Below, one piece after another: positions 53,205 through 63,654 of a stretch of 64,000 bases of DNA. The DNA comes from Paraspadella gotoi (lineage: Eukaryota; Animalia; Chaetognatha), in assembly GCA_051294375.1 (NCBI GenBank), contig CM119268.1, forward strand, positions 23,024,256-23,088,255. Direction: 5' to 3'. How positions within the stretch are numbered: position 1 is the stretch's first letter; each line of letters begins with the position of its first letter. The position numbers were made by a program, and so were the translations under genes. The notes under the pieces are model-generated. The model was not told the origin of the DNA. It saw nothing but the letters and a program-made list of their open reading frames with translations, and ran no database searches.

Positions 53205-53954
53205 TATTATTATCTATTGCTATTGAAACGTCTATCACGTTATTATTATTTTTTTTGACTCTACTTTACTTCGGCAAAAACAACTTTTTAAAAAGAAAAT
53301 TTTCCCTATTAATTATTTTTGATTCGGTCATATTTTTACCACTTGGTGTCATATTCGGTATTGCTTATTTTTAATTTTTCTTAAATCAACCATAAGAGAA
53401 TAGATCAATAGTTATTTAATAAAAAAAACTATGGAAATATTTTTAAACATTTTCAATCACTCTGGATTTCTGTTTATGAAATAATGTCAATTACATTAAT
53501 TCTCGTACCTATTTTGTTTATCTTTGCATATTTATTGTCATATTGACATATAAAAATGTGACAAATAATGAGAAATAGTGAATTTATCATCACTTATTCT
53601 TATCATCACGTTCTGAAAACCATTTACGTTTATTTGGATAAATATTTTATCTTAGCCTATACTTGTAGTCGGGCATTGTAAATTATAAGCTCACCCCGCC
53701 TTTAAGCTTGACTCCTTCAGTCGTGACCCAGTGGCTCATTGACATGCCTAAGTTTGCATGAGGAATCCCTAAGTCAATACATTTATTGAAATAAAATGTT
53801 TCATTATAGACAATGAAGTAGCTGTGCATATGAGAAAACAAACATATATTTTTATGCATTAACTCCATTAACTAACTAACACTAACACTGACTATTATTA
53901 AAGATAATGTTTCTAATATCCATTTAACTTTGCCTGTCATGTCTTTGCCTCTCT

Positions 53955-54033
<79 letters not shown>

Positions 54034-56613
54034 AACCCGAACGGCATCCACAATTCTCTTCATTCGATTCTCGATTCTGAATCCGCGACTCGAATCTTCG
54101 AAGCTACTGTCGACGATGCAGACGGGTTGACGGGCGCCTGGAAGATAGAGACAGAGTGATAGACAGACTAAGATAGAGACAGTCAGTGTTGACGGGCGCC
54201 GGGAAGATAGAGACAGAGTGATAATCAGACTGAGAGAGAGTCAGAGTTGACGGTCGCCTGAAAAAGTTCTAAAGAAAGGGACAAAATGTAGGAAAAAATA
54301 TAGACCTATCGACAGACAGACAGACAGACAGATGAACAGACAGACACGCGGTTGACTAAATGACCCAAGTTTAAAGAGATGGAAAGAGATAAAAAAAACA
54401 AAAAAAAAACAACAAAAAGTCAGAAACAAAAAAGAAATATCCAGACAGACAGACAGACAGACAGGGCCATAAGAGAGAAAGGAGAGACAAAGAAAAGAAA
54501 CAGACAGACTCCCCTTTCTCTCTCTCTCTCACCCCAAGGCAAAACGCAATGTCCGCCTTTCGTCGCCGCCGCAGTAACGCCGTACGACGCCGCGGCGCCG
54601 CACGGAGTCTCTCTGCTGCAGCTGCCGACGCTGACTTCGATTTCGGCGCCAAAACCGTCGACTCCATCTTGACGGAGGATGGTGGCGTCGAGGAAGGTGG
54701 CGTGGAGGCTGGGGGATGGTGGGAGGGGGTTGGGTGGGAAGGTGGGATGAGAGATTGATGGACGGATGGAGGGATGGAGGCATGGACGGACGAATTGAAG
54801 AAGGGTTGGACAGATGAATAGTTGGACTGCAGGGATGGTTAGACGGATAGATGGAATTTAAATAGACGGGTGTACGGACGAGGGGATGGATAGTTCTGAC
54901 GGATGGAGGGACAGACGGACGGAGTTCAAACGCTAAAACTTACTATTTGAAATTCTTTTTTGTATTTTTTAATTTAAAAATGCAAACCAAAGTTTTTTCT
55001 CTCTCTCGCCGTATAAAAATGAATGCCTCTTTGCACAATTAGCCAATTCGATTCCATTCGCTTATTTCAATAAATCGATTCGTCTCATTTTGTTCGTCAT
55101 TTTTATCTCGACCACCTCCACAAGACGGACGGATGGACGGACAAACAGTCTATGATAACTAACGGAATCACCTCAGGACAGACGGACGGACGGACAGACC
55201 AAACCTCCTTTTTTTTTCACCGGAATTTCGTCTTCGTCATAAATTTTTTCGCTGATTGAAAAATTCCAGTTTCGATTGAACGACGTGGAGCTGGAATTGG
55301 ATCAGAGGGAGAAAGAGAGCGAACGAAGAGAGAGAGAAAGAGACGTCCTCGATAACTGGAAAGAAAAAGAAAAAGGGGGAGAGGATTTCTTTCTTTTCTA
55401 TCCTTTCTTCCTTTTCTTTTCCTTCCTCCCTTTCCTTTCCTCCATTGGGCTCAAGATGACCATTCGCAAATTCTTTGACCCCCCTCTAGCAGCCATGAAA
55501 CGGGTCCTGGGCTTGGAATCACGCTTGCTGGGTTCTACACGCCCAAAGGATTCATAGGGTCGTCCTTGATTGAACCCGATACAATAGTGATAGCTTCACT
55601 TGATGAGGCACCCGGTGACTACAGTAACTTTTCTCTAGACTNNNNNNNNNNCGTGGAGTCTAGAGAAAAGGTACTGTACTTCCCTTTCCTCCACCCATTC
55701 CTTTCTTCCACACATTCCTTTCCTCCACCCTTTCCTTTCCTCCACCCTTTCCTTTCCTCCACCCTTTCCTTTCTTCCACCCTTTCCTTTCCTCCATCCGC
55801 ACCCTTTTCTTCCTCCACCCTATTTCTTTCCTCCACCTTTCTTCTTTCCTCCACCCTTCCTTTCCTCCACCCTTTCCTTTCCTCCACCCTTCCTTTTCCT
55901 CCACCCATTTCCTTCCTCCACCGCTTTCCTTTCCTTTCTCCACCTCTTTCCTTCCGCTCACCTTTCCTTTCCTCCACCCATTCCTTTCCTCCACCCTTTC
56001 CTCCCCTTCTTCCTCCTTCTCAACTCGTATTCCTTCTTGTTCGCCCTAAACTCTTCTCCTTTCTCCGGATCTCCGAAGAAATTGACGAACGCGGGACCGA
56101 AGATCGTTTTTCCTCCCTCTCTCCTTCTCTCCTCGTCCTCTTCCTCCTTCTCTTCTTCTTCTTCCTCCAAAATCAAAATGTCCGACATTCGAATCTCTGC
56201 TTCGCCGATTATCTCCTCTTCAGTTCCCTGGAAAATTTTTAATTTTGTCTGTCTCCCTGGGTTTCTGTCTATTTATCTGTCTGTCTAGCTAGTATATGTG
56301 TCTTTTGTCTATATGTGTCTGTCAATTTATCTGTCTGTCCTTATGTCTTTCGCTCTGAGTTTCTATTTATCGGGCTGTCTGTCTATCTTTGTCTTTTTTT
56401 CTAAACACCTATCCGTGTCTGTCTGTCTGTCTGTCTATATGTCTTTTTTCTAATTATCTATCTTTGTATGACTGTTTTGTCTATCTTTTTGTCTATTTGT
56501 CTGTATGACTGATCTTACTTTCCTCAAAAGCTGCCTGCCATTCTCTTTAGTGTTTGTCTGCCTTTTTATCTGTCTGTCCGACCCTCTGTCTTTTTGATCC
56601 GTCTATCCGTCTC

Positions 56614-56647
<34 letters not shown>

Positions 56648-59084
56648 NNNNNNNNNNNNNNNNNNNNNNNNNNNNNNNNNNNNNNNNNNNNNNNNNNNNN
56701 NNNNNNNNNNNNNNNNNNNNNNNNNNNNNNNNNNNNNNNNNNNNNNNNNNNNNNNNNNNNNNNNNNNNNNNNNNNNNNNNNNNNNNNNNNNNNNNNNNNN
56801 NNNNNNNNNNNNNNNNNNNNNNNNNNNNNNNNNNNNNNNNNNNNNNNNNNNNNNNNNNNNNNNNNNNNNNNNNNNNNNNNNNNNNNNNNNNNNNNNNNNN
56901 NNNNNNNNNNNNNNNNNNNNNNNNNNNNNNNNNNNNNNNNNNNNNNNNNNNNNNNNNNNNNNNNNNNNNNNNNNNNNNNNNNNNNNNNNNNNNNNNNNNN
57001 NNNNNNNNNNNNNNNNNNNNNNNNNNNNNNNNNNNNNNNNNNNNNNAGAGAGAAGAGAGAGAGAGAGAGGGAGTAAAGGAGGAGGAAGGAGAGGGAAGCA
57101 AGAAAAGTTTGGAGAAACTGTGGAAGAAATATGCGGACAAAACACGAGGCAAAACAAAAAAATAAAACAAAAAAAAACAACATTTCATTTTTCATTTCCA
57201 TGTTGTGGTTCCATCAGCGATGGCATCGATTCTCTGGCTTCTCTATTCATTCACGTTTTAATCCACAGAGAAACCTGAAAGTTTTCCTCAACAACTCAAC
57301 GTTTGGACGCGACTGATTAAGAGGCTTTTCTGTCTATTGGTCTGTCTGTCTGTCTGTCTGTCTGTATTTTTATTGTTTAGTTGTGGATTGTGTTAATGAT
57401 TTCAGGTTACGGATTAAGTGAGAATTAGGAATTATGGTTAATGATTAGATTAGGATTAAGGTCTGGAGTTTAGGATTAGGGTTAAAAGTAAAAAGTAGAG
57501 ATTAAAGTTTGGGATTAGAGTTAAGGATTAGAATTATGGTTAGGCGTTAGGGTTATGGATTAGGTTCTGGGTTTAGTAACAGATTAGAGTTGAACATTAA
57601 AGTTGAAATTTAAGTTTAGGGATTAAGAATCTGGAAATGTGGCGCTTTTGGAAAAGAGAGCCAAAAAAATATTCCTTTTTAGTTTTTAGTTGCGCCATGA
57701 GTACGAGTCGGTTGGTCTGTCGGTCTGTCTATCCCGTGAAATTGTATCAAGAATAAAAGACGGAATTCTGATGGGGTGCGAGTGGATCACTAATTAGTAG
57801 TCACGTGATCACCCGGAAATCAGTGTGAAAAGAAAGTCACTGCGGCGCGACTCATTGGAATTAAACCCTTTTTGTTTTTTCTGCCGGAAGAAAAAAAAAA
57901 AGATTTTTTTTTCACCGTAAAGATTCTTGTGACGCCGATTGGAGGCAAAAGAAGATTCTCTTCTATGTCATCTGTGGTCGATTTTGAGAGTCTGTGGGGA
58001 TTGTGGGGAAGAGAGAGATGAAAGAAGGTCAGCTGCGGCGCGACTATTGGAATTAAACCCTTTTTGTTTTTCCTGCGGAAGAAAAAAAAAAAAGATTTTT
58101 TTTTAACCGTAAAGATTCTTGTAGACGCCGATTGGAGCAAAAGAAGATTCTCTTCTATGTCATCTGTGGTCGATTTTGAGAGTCTGTGGGGATTGTGGGG
58201 GATTGTGGGGATTGTGGGGGATTGTAGGGATTGTGGGGGATTGTAGGGATTGTGGGGGAATTGTGGGGATTGTGGGGATCGGGATNNNNNNNNNNNNNNN
58301 NNNNNNNNNNTGTCGGGATCGTGGGGATTGTGGGGATTTGCAAAAAATCTTTTAAACATTTTTAAATTTTAACATTTATCGGGTTAGTATTATGAATAAA
58401 TATTATCTGCCACGTAAATTTCAAAATTTATAATAAAATATTTTTATAAATTAATACTCATTAGTACAATGTTATCCATTTCTCACTTGTAATTAAAGTT
58501 AAATTTAGGATTTTTACAACAAAAGTATTTTGCATTAGATAATGATATAAAGTGATCAATTTTGGCCCGCCTTACCGGGCAAGGGGCCAATGCCGCCACT
58601 GGGCATTGGGGCAGTTCAAGAATTGAGGATAACCTGAAAGATGGCACATCGTCCCATGGCGTGGTGACGCTCGCGTTGACAAGGATGTAACCGAGACAAG
58701 CTTCAAAGACGTCATCGTCGTGTCGCGTTAACGTGACCCATTTATTCAAGATGGCGTGAGTGGTCTGANNNNNNNNNNNNNNNNNNNNNNNNNNNNNNNN
58801 NNNNNNNNNNNNNNNNNNNNNNNNNNNNNNNNNNCAAAGTCAGGGGTGAGAAAGCTTATATATTAAATGAATGGATAATTTTAAATTAGCTGATTCAAAG
58901 AGAGAAGGAGAGATAGATAGTTTACCGGACTGTGTCGATTGATGTTGTCCAGTAGACTAGGAAGCCAATAGCAAGAAAATAATGAAGATGTAAAAAAGAA
59001 AAAGAAAGACCAAACTTTCTTTCTTTATTTTTTTTTGTGGTAAATTGTCGAGCGAGAAAAACGTGGGCGGAAATCAAGGTGAAG

Positions 59085-59178
<94 letters not shown>

Positions 59179-59946
59179 GCCCACGAACGGCGGCCACCTT
59201 CGTCACGCGATTCTATTTTCAGAATTTTCTTTCCTCCGTGATTCTCTGTTTGGAATCGAATCATCACTAATGAAATTTGGGCGCTTTTTTCCGAGTGCGC
59301 CCCATTTTTGTTTTTTTATCCCTGAATTTGATTTTAATTCTTATATTTAATCTTTAAATGAATTCTTTTTGATTTTGTTATGTTTGATTAAAATTAAGTA
59401 AAGAATTATATTTGTTTTGGCAATGGCAAAGTAATATTTACAATAATTTGCGCTGATGAAGGCTCAAGTCAAAAGTAGAAATATGTTCAATATTTACCAT
59501 TATTATAAATAAATTTTGCCATTGCTAAAATAAACAAAAATTTTTATATTTAATTTAAATATATTTTTAAAATTATAAACCAATCGCTAACCAAAATCCT
59601 TACCTGAGCCAGAACCTCAACATTATTTTTAATTTGTAATCCTAACCTCTAACTCTAAATGCTAATGCCTAACCCAAATCTCTAACCCAAATCCCTAATC
59701 TAAATCCCTAACCCAAATCCCTAACCCAAATCCCTATCTCTAATCAAAAACCAAGTCCCTAACTTTAATCACTAACCTAATCTCTAACTAAATTTTTAAT
59801 TCACAATATTAACCTAATTCCGAATTTAAGTTAAAATTGGGAGTTCTGAGAAAATAAGGTCGCTATTTGGTTGTCAGATGAAGAAAAATAAATAATATCA
59901 AATGTGGGGGGAAATTGAATAGGAAATTTTGAGAGAAACAGAGAGA

Positions 59947-59993
<47 letters not shown>

Positions 59994-60093
59994 TAGAGTC
60001 TGGCCCGCGCCCACGCCACCTACGCAAATGACCCTGAACTGTAACTCGAATGTGATTCCGCCGCCAAAAAACGAGAGAGAGAGAGATAGAGAG

Positions 60094-60158
<65 letters not shown>

Positions 60159-61323
60159 AGAAGAGAGGAAAGAGAGAGTCCAGCATAATCAGCCTCCGCC
60201 CACGAATGAGCCCGGCGTCGAAATATTTCGATTTGATTTGATTTATAATGTTCCAAAATGTGACAGTTAACACATTAACAATAAAATATGTTACAGAGCG
60301 AAACATAAATTTATGTACTTACAAAGAATATTTATGTCTACGTAACATAAAAATATGAAAATAAGTTAAATTACTACGTTAGCATCGCACCCGTGTTAGT
60401 TTTTGTTCCAAACAGATGTTAATTTTAATGATTGATAGTAATATTTCTGTCATTCACAAAACATTTCCAAAAGGGCTTTTATCATCTTTATGAAGGTAGT
60501 TTTTTTGTTTCCATTTCTTGCAGATAATTAATCTATGATTTTCATCGTCTAAAACTTTGCACTGATCTCATTCTTCTGGGAGAGAGAGAGAGAGCGAGAG
60601 AGAGAGAGAGAGACAGAGCCATCCCTTCCCCACCCTCTAACCTGCTTATACACCAGCCCCACATCAAAGCACACTCCTCCAACGAGCGCGTCCTCAGGCT
60701 CGGCAGCCTCGTCGAACGCCTCCACCCAGATCATCGTCGACATCGCCGTCGTCGGCGTCGTCGCCGCCAACCGGAAGTCGAAAACGGCGTCGAAATTCGG
60801 CGCCGATGTTGATTCGACCGGCGCCGTCTTGCGGGAGGCGTCGCCGCAGCGGACTCTGATGAGTGGGGAGGGATTGGCGCCTGTTTTGTGGTGAGGGAGG
60901 AGGGAGAAGGGGGAGGGAGGAGAGGGAGTGGGAGGAAAAGGGGGAGGAAGAGGGAGAGGAGAGGAAGAGAGGGTGGGACGGACGGACGGACGGACATCGT
61001 TTTTTTGAATAATTTATCATAATTCGATGTTCTGACATAATTTAAGTGAATGACCGACAAGATTGAGGGGATGACCGACAAAGTGGATTATAGAGTCGGA
61101 ATTTTTCTATTCTTCTTTCTTTCTCTCTCTTTCTCTCTCCCTCCCTCTCTCCCTCTCTTTCTTTCTCCCTCCCTCTCCCTCCCTCTCCCACTCCCTCTCT
61201 CCCTCTTCCCACATACCTGCTATCTGTCTCCCTTCCACGATTCCAACTCGAACCAAAAAATCTATTTCTCTGTTTTCCTCAAACGCGATTCGTTTCAGAT
61301 TTTCCACCGATTTCCTCTTACGT

Positions 61324-61378
<55 letters not shown>

Positions 61379-61633
61379 CGTCGCCGTAAGTATCGTCGTA
61401 GACGCGGCGAAAATCGTCGGTATTTTCGTCGTCGCCGCCAGGAGCGACGTTCGAGTTTCGTGGCGGCGGCGAAGGAAGACCGCCAGCGCCGCCCTCGTCT
61501 TCCTCGTCGGGGGCGTCGGAAGAGGGCAAGCGCAGCCGCACTCTGACCGGCGGCGGCTGCTGCGGCGGCGCCGGCGGAGACCGGAAGCCGACGCCCACGC
61601 GCGCGCTGGCGTTGACGTCAACGAGACGACGCT

Positions 61634-61672
<39 letters not shown>

Positions 61673-61760
61673 CGCCCACGCTCTTGACGAGAACGCGCGA
61701 GGCGGAACCGCTTCCGGTAGCGGAGGAGAGGGAGAGAGAGGGAGAGAGGGAGGAAGGGCC
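19690..61760 (-). CDS. Type-I ferlin (dysferlin/myoferlin-like): C2B-FerI-C2C-FerA-FerB-DysF-C2D-C2DE-C2E-C2F-TM; 5' end probably further upstream
   Basis: Exons: 61760-61217, 60880-60642, 58764-58634, 57991-57916, [C2C exons unresolved near gap 56648-57046], 56227-55995, 55355-55221, 54708-54533, 54137-54037, 52058-51917, 51214-51083, 50425-50162, 49690-49490, ~48704-48464, 48384-48245, 43971-43863, 43435-43331, 43025-42915, 42193-41928, 41351-41253, 41073-40999, 40613-40477, 40022-39851, 39255-39088, 38703-38644, 34070-33944, 33470-33249, 33179-33030, 32646-32535, 32396-32295, 32208-32052, 31712-31545, 31204-30996, 30849-30651, 21898-21756, 21672-21505, 20706-20465, 19993-19690. Ferlin motifs occur in colinear order: [87 protein letters not shown], then a TM helix. 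Confidence 0.93.
20020..20435. repeat. (attaaatgag)n and (catcactt)n intronic satellites
   Basis: Directly visible; they fill the last ferlin intron. Confidence 0.9.
22091..22275 (+). mobile_element. tRNA-derived SINE or tRNA pseudogene (Gly-CCC-like head 22091-22163)
   Basis: Acceptor stem gcggcca/tggccgc, T-arm ccggg-atctagc-ccgg with a degenerate B box, ctcccaa loop on a poorly paired anticodon stem, followed by a ~110-bp body and an (aca/aat) tail. Confidence 0.55.
23122..25133 (+). CDS. Rhodopsin-class (class A) GPCR, copy 1 (indel-rich), nested antisense in a ferlin intron
   Basis: Same 7 exons as 28399-30362, with frameshifts. Includes a candidate ATG at 23122 and an N-terminal NNTT sequon; TM7 reads [15 protein letters not shown]. 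Confidence 0.6.
23391..23762. repeat. ~40-bp minisatellite in GPCR intron 1 (second copy at 28628-28967)
   Basis: Unit gggtcctgtctgaggtcagggggtcaaaactgtggggcagt. Confidence 0.9.
25408..28170 (-). pseudogene. Duplicate, frameshifted copy of the ferlin C2E/C2F exons
   Basis: Contains [27 protein letters not shown] and other exons matching 30651-33470, with many indels. Confidence 0.6.
28399..30362 (+). CDS. Rhodopsin-class GPCR (FMRFamide-receptor/Srw-like), copy 2, 5' end truncated by the gap
   Basis: Exons: <28399-28613 (TM1 [21 protein letters not shown]), 29035-29128 (TM2 [11 protein letters not shown]), 29202-29359 (TM3 [13 protein letters not shown]), 29522-29621 (TM4), 29771-29889 (TM5), 30018-~30086 (TM6 [11 protein letters not shown]), 30141-30362 (TM7 [22 protein letters not shown]). 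Confidence 0.8.
30651..34070 (-). CDS. Ferlin exons: end of C2DE, C2E and start of C2F
   Basis: [10 protein letters not shown]; [10 protein letters not shown]; [11 protein letters not shown]; [10 protein letters not shown]; [14 protein letters not shown]; [21 protein letters not shown]; [11 protein letters not shown]...MIDIYVKG. Confidence 0.9.
34020..34540. repeat. ~52-bp minisatellite made of a ferlin 3' splice site plus exon start
   Basis: Minus-strand unit ttgtcctttcag|gaagtgactctccatgtctctctccatgctcctcaatcta, about 10 copies. Confidence 0.85.
35108..38101 (+). CDS. XK-related (Xkr) multi-pass membrane protein, 901 aa, nested antisense in a ferlin intron
   Basis: Exon 1 35108-35438 ([13 protein letters not shown]) splices in phase 1 to exon 2 35727-38101 ([15 protein letters not shown]...[11 protein letters not shown]). 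DxxTD and ESxPQLxxQ are XK-family hallmarks. Clean ORF with many hydrophobic segments. Confidence 0.8.
38644..43971 (-). CDS. Ferlin exons: DysF C-terminal halves, linker, C2D and start of C2DE
   Basis: [10 protein letters not shown]; [13 protein letters not shown]...[10 protein letters not shown]; YQLRCYLFQ|CRQL; [16 protein letters not shown]; ILAAFELL; [17 protein letters not shown]. Confidence 0.85.
40143..40235. repeat. ~90-bp dispersed repeat (also at 41432-41530 and 13061-13110)
   Basis: Shared core ttcatttcaaatg..gagttcttcaatctcatttrcatattgt. Confidence 0.5.
42414..42655. repeat. 11-bp near-palindromic minisatellite (ggtaaccccwa)n
   Basis: Directly visible. Confidence 0.9.
43950..47500. 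repeat. ~56-bp satellite (~60 units) made of ferlin branchpoint + 3' splice site + exon start
   Basis: Minus-strand unit ccctaaccaatcaatcaatcaatcag|tctcttcgtccttcsgcctcaatcgatctt. The 20 nt after AG match the start of exon 43971-43863. Confidence 0.92.
47573..47999 (+). mobile_element. Probable solo LTR
   Basis: TGTTAC...AAACA termini, flanked by gattg on both sides (5-bp TSD with a 1-nt slip), TATA-like tatata and aataaa inside. The sequence contrasts sharply with the surrounding (gatt)n DNA. Confidence 0.55.
48245..52058 (-). CDS. Ferlin exons: FerA, FerB and DysF N-terminal halves
   Basis: [12 protein letters not shown]; [22 protein letters not shown]...[12 protein letters not shown]; VRARLWFG...VYAETWEN...RPAFSDFSG; WSWSGDW; ESVYEIQRR; [14 protein letters not shown]...DDDGWEY. 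Confidence 0.9.
49088..49396. promoter_or_regulatory. Candidate intronic enhancer with clustered Su(H)/CSL sites
   Basis: TTCCCACG at 49257-49264 and 49267-49274, GGTGGGAA at 49139-49146, plus TTAATTAA, octamer ATTTGCAT (~49343) and CACGTG (~49390). Motif evidence only. Confidence 0.3.
50620..51120. repeat. ~60-bp minisatellite made of a ferlin exon end plus 5' splice site
   Basis: Minus-strand unit aaaggaaagagatgtggaggcagcgttgagaggaatggag|gtag, about 8 noisy copies. Confidence 0.75.
52774..53226 (+). CDS. Possible small orphan membrane protein nested in a ferlin intron
   Basis: Non-repetitive ORF with a signal-like N-terminus ([20 protein letters not shown]) and a TM-like segment ([19 protein letters not shown]). 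The tail runs into (TTA)n; no family recognised. Confidence 0.3.
54037..56227 (-). CDS. Ferlin exons: end of C2C and the following C2-like region
   Basis: [13 protein letters not shown]...[13 protein letters not shown]; YRGRLFLSL; [11 protein letters not shown]...IEVSVG...VLPWG; [12 protein letters not shown]. Confidence 0.88.
57683..57878 (-). mobile_element. Short HINE-like copy
   Basis: Minus strand reads aacaaaaaggg..aattccaatgagtcgcgccgcagtgact...aattccgtcttttattctt...gacagaccgacagacc...ggcgcaact, matching 10794-11175. Confidence 0.65.
57916..61760 (-). CDS. Ferlin exons: low-complexity linker, C2B and FerI (FerI exon duplicated at 58183-58108)
   Basis: [16 protein letters not shown]|[12 protein letters not shown]...PNFDAVF...FDVGLVYKQ|[12 protein letters not shown]...GYILVNASV|[10 protein letters not shown]. 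Confidence 0.9.
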
Positions 61761-61822
61761 CTGAGGAGGAGGAAAAGAGGAAAGAAAAAGAGGAAAAAGA
61801 AGTATTTATATTTTGACGGGGA

Positions 61823-61879
<57 letters not shown>

Positions 61880-62453
61880 CTATTTTCTGTTTCGTAGGCG
61901 TTATACACTAACGGACTGTCTTTTTTATTACAATTATTTTTTTTTCTCCTTTATTATTATTTCTATTTTTTTTCTTACATTTTCTGAAAGCTACTCATTT
62001 CAGCTAATTTTCAAAATTGAATAAGTTTAAAAATATAAAGATTAGGTTAAGGATTTGGATAAGATTAGGTTAAGATTAGGTGAAGATTAGGTTAAGATTA
62101 AGTTTAGGATTTGGATAAGAATTACGATTAAAGAGTAAAATTTTGGGTTAGAGCAGATCAGGATTAGTATTTAGGATTAGGGCTAGGGATAAGGTTAGGG
62201 TTAGAGATTTGGTTAGAGTTTGGTATTAGGATAATATGCATTTCGTCTAATATTTAATAAAAACTTATTATTAAATATTTGCATTAAATCTTGAGGAATA
62301 AAAATGAGGCGCCTTTGGAAAATAGCGCCGTAACCAAATGATTTTTTTATTGTTTCATCTTTTTTTTTTAATTTATTTTTCGTCCGCGTTTTCAAAAAGA
62401 CTTTCATTTTTTTTTCCTATTTTTTCTTTAGTGTCTTTTCTGTTTCACTTTTG

Positions 62454-62504
<51 letters not shown>

Positions 62505-62887
62505 CGCTGTTTTTTTCTACAAAAACATTTTTTCTCCTACTTTAATCGTTTTTCTTCAGCGATGGAAAACTTGAGATCAAAAAAGGGAGAAGAGAAAGAG
62601 TTTGGGGCGAGAAGAAAGAAAAGAAAGGGGAAAAAGAGAAGTTAGGGAGAGAAAAGAGAGGTTGAGGTAGAAGAGAGAGGAGAGGAGAAAGAAAAGAACG
62701 GTGAGAAAGATAGAGAGAGGGGAAAGAGGGGAAGGGAGAGAGAGAGAAAAAAAAAAGTAGGACGGAATTGACGGAGGGAAAATAGGAAAGAAAAAAGAAA
62801 AAAGAAAAAAGAAAAAAGAAAAAAGAAAAGAGCGTGGGTTGAGAAAAAAAAGTATAAAGGAAGTGTCAAACATTAAGACGGTGGCCG

Positions 62888-63078
62888 TGACATTGCATTG
62901 CGAGAAACGTGACTTTTAAGAGGGAGTTATTGCAGTGAAAGCGACATTGCACTGCGAGAATCGTGACTTTAAAGAGATGGAGTTATTGCAGTGAAAGCGA
63001 CATTGCATTGCGTGAAACGTGACTTTTAAGAGAGTGAGTCATTGCAGTGAAAGCGAAATTGCTTTGCGAGAAACTTGT
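62888..63078. repeat. ~55-bp minisatellite, about 3.5 copies
   Basis: Unit gttattgcagtgaaagcgacattgcattgcgagaaacgtgacttttaagag. Confidence 0.85.
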
Positions 63079-63089
63079 CTTCTCCGTAC

Positions 63090-63654
63090 GGTGAGAGATT
63101 TTCCGTAGCGAATCAAGGGTCTTCTTCCGAGAGAGCCTCTTCCTTCTCCTGCAGCACCAGTTGCGGCAGCTGCAGCATCTTTCTGAACCCAAGTTGCGGC
63201 ATAATTCGACGCGACGGGAGAATGCTGCGGCGTCGCAGCGCGGGGCGGTTGCTGTTTCGTCAGCAGCAGCCGAGGAGTCGGAGGCGAAGGAAGAACGATT
63301 TTGCGGATTTTCTGAAATGAAGAAAATAATGAAGTAGAATGAATAAATTATGATAAAGAATGAAGAAATAAATGATGAGTGGGCGATGGCCAACTTTCTT
63401 AATCCGCCTCGCAGCCATGGAATGGTTCCTCGGCTTGGAACCAAGCTTGAGGGTTTTCCAGACGGTTTTCCCAAAGCGGTTTACGGCTTTAGTCACGCTT
63501 CCCGCAGGGTAGGTAGACATTGGGGTTCGATCCCGGTACCAAACGATTATGAGCTGAAAGTATTACTCATTGAGCCATCGGGTCACGACAGAAGGTGACG
63601 GTGAAGGTGAAGGTGCCCTGCTTATAGGCGGGATGAACTTGATGCAATTCCCGA
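63090..63654 (-). CDS. Possible further upstream exons of the ferlin N-terminal linker (or of a neighbouring gene)
   Basis: GC-rich blocks with acceptors tttcag| (~63311) and gtgtag| (~63654). Phase-0 reading KIRKIVLPSPP...RYGKSLT|gtacgg would join exon 61760. No recognisable domain. Confidence 0.35.

Noticed and set aside
57190-57312. In-frame TGA codons in a possible C2C exon as evidence of recoding or an alternative genetic code
   Set aside because: Similarity to ferlin C2C is weak, the segment is next to a gap, and clean exons elsewhere use TGG for Trp with normal stops.
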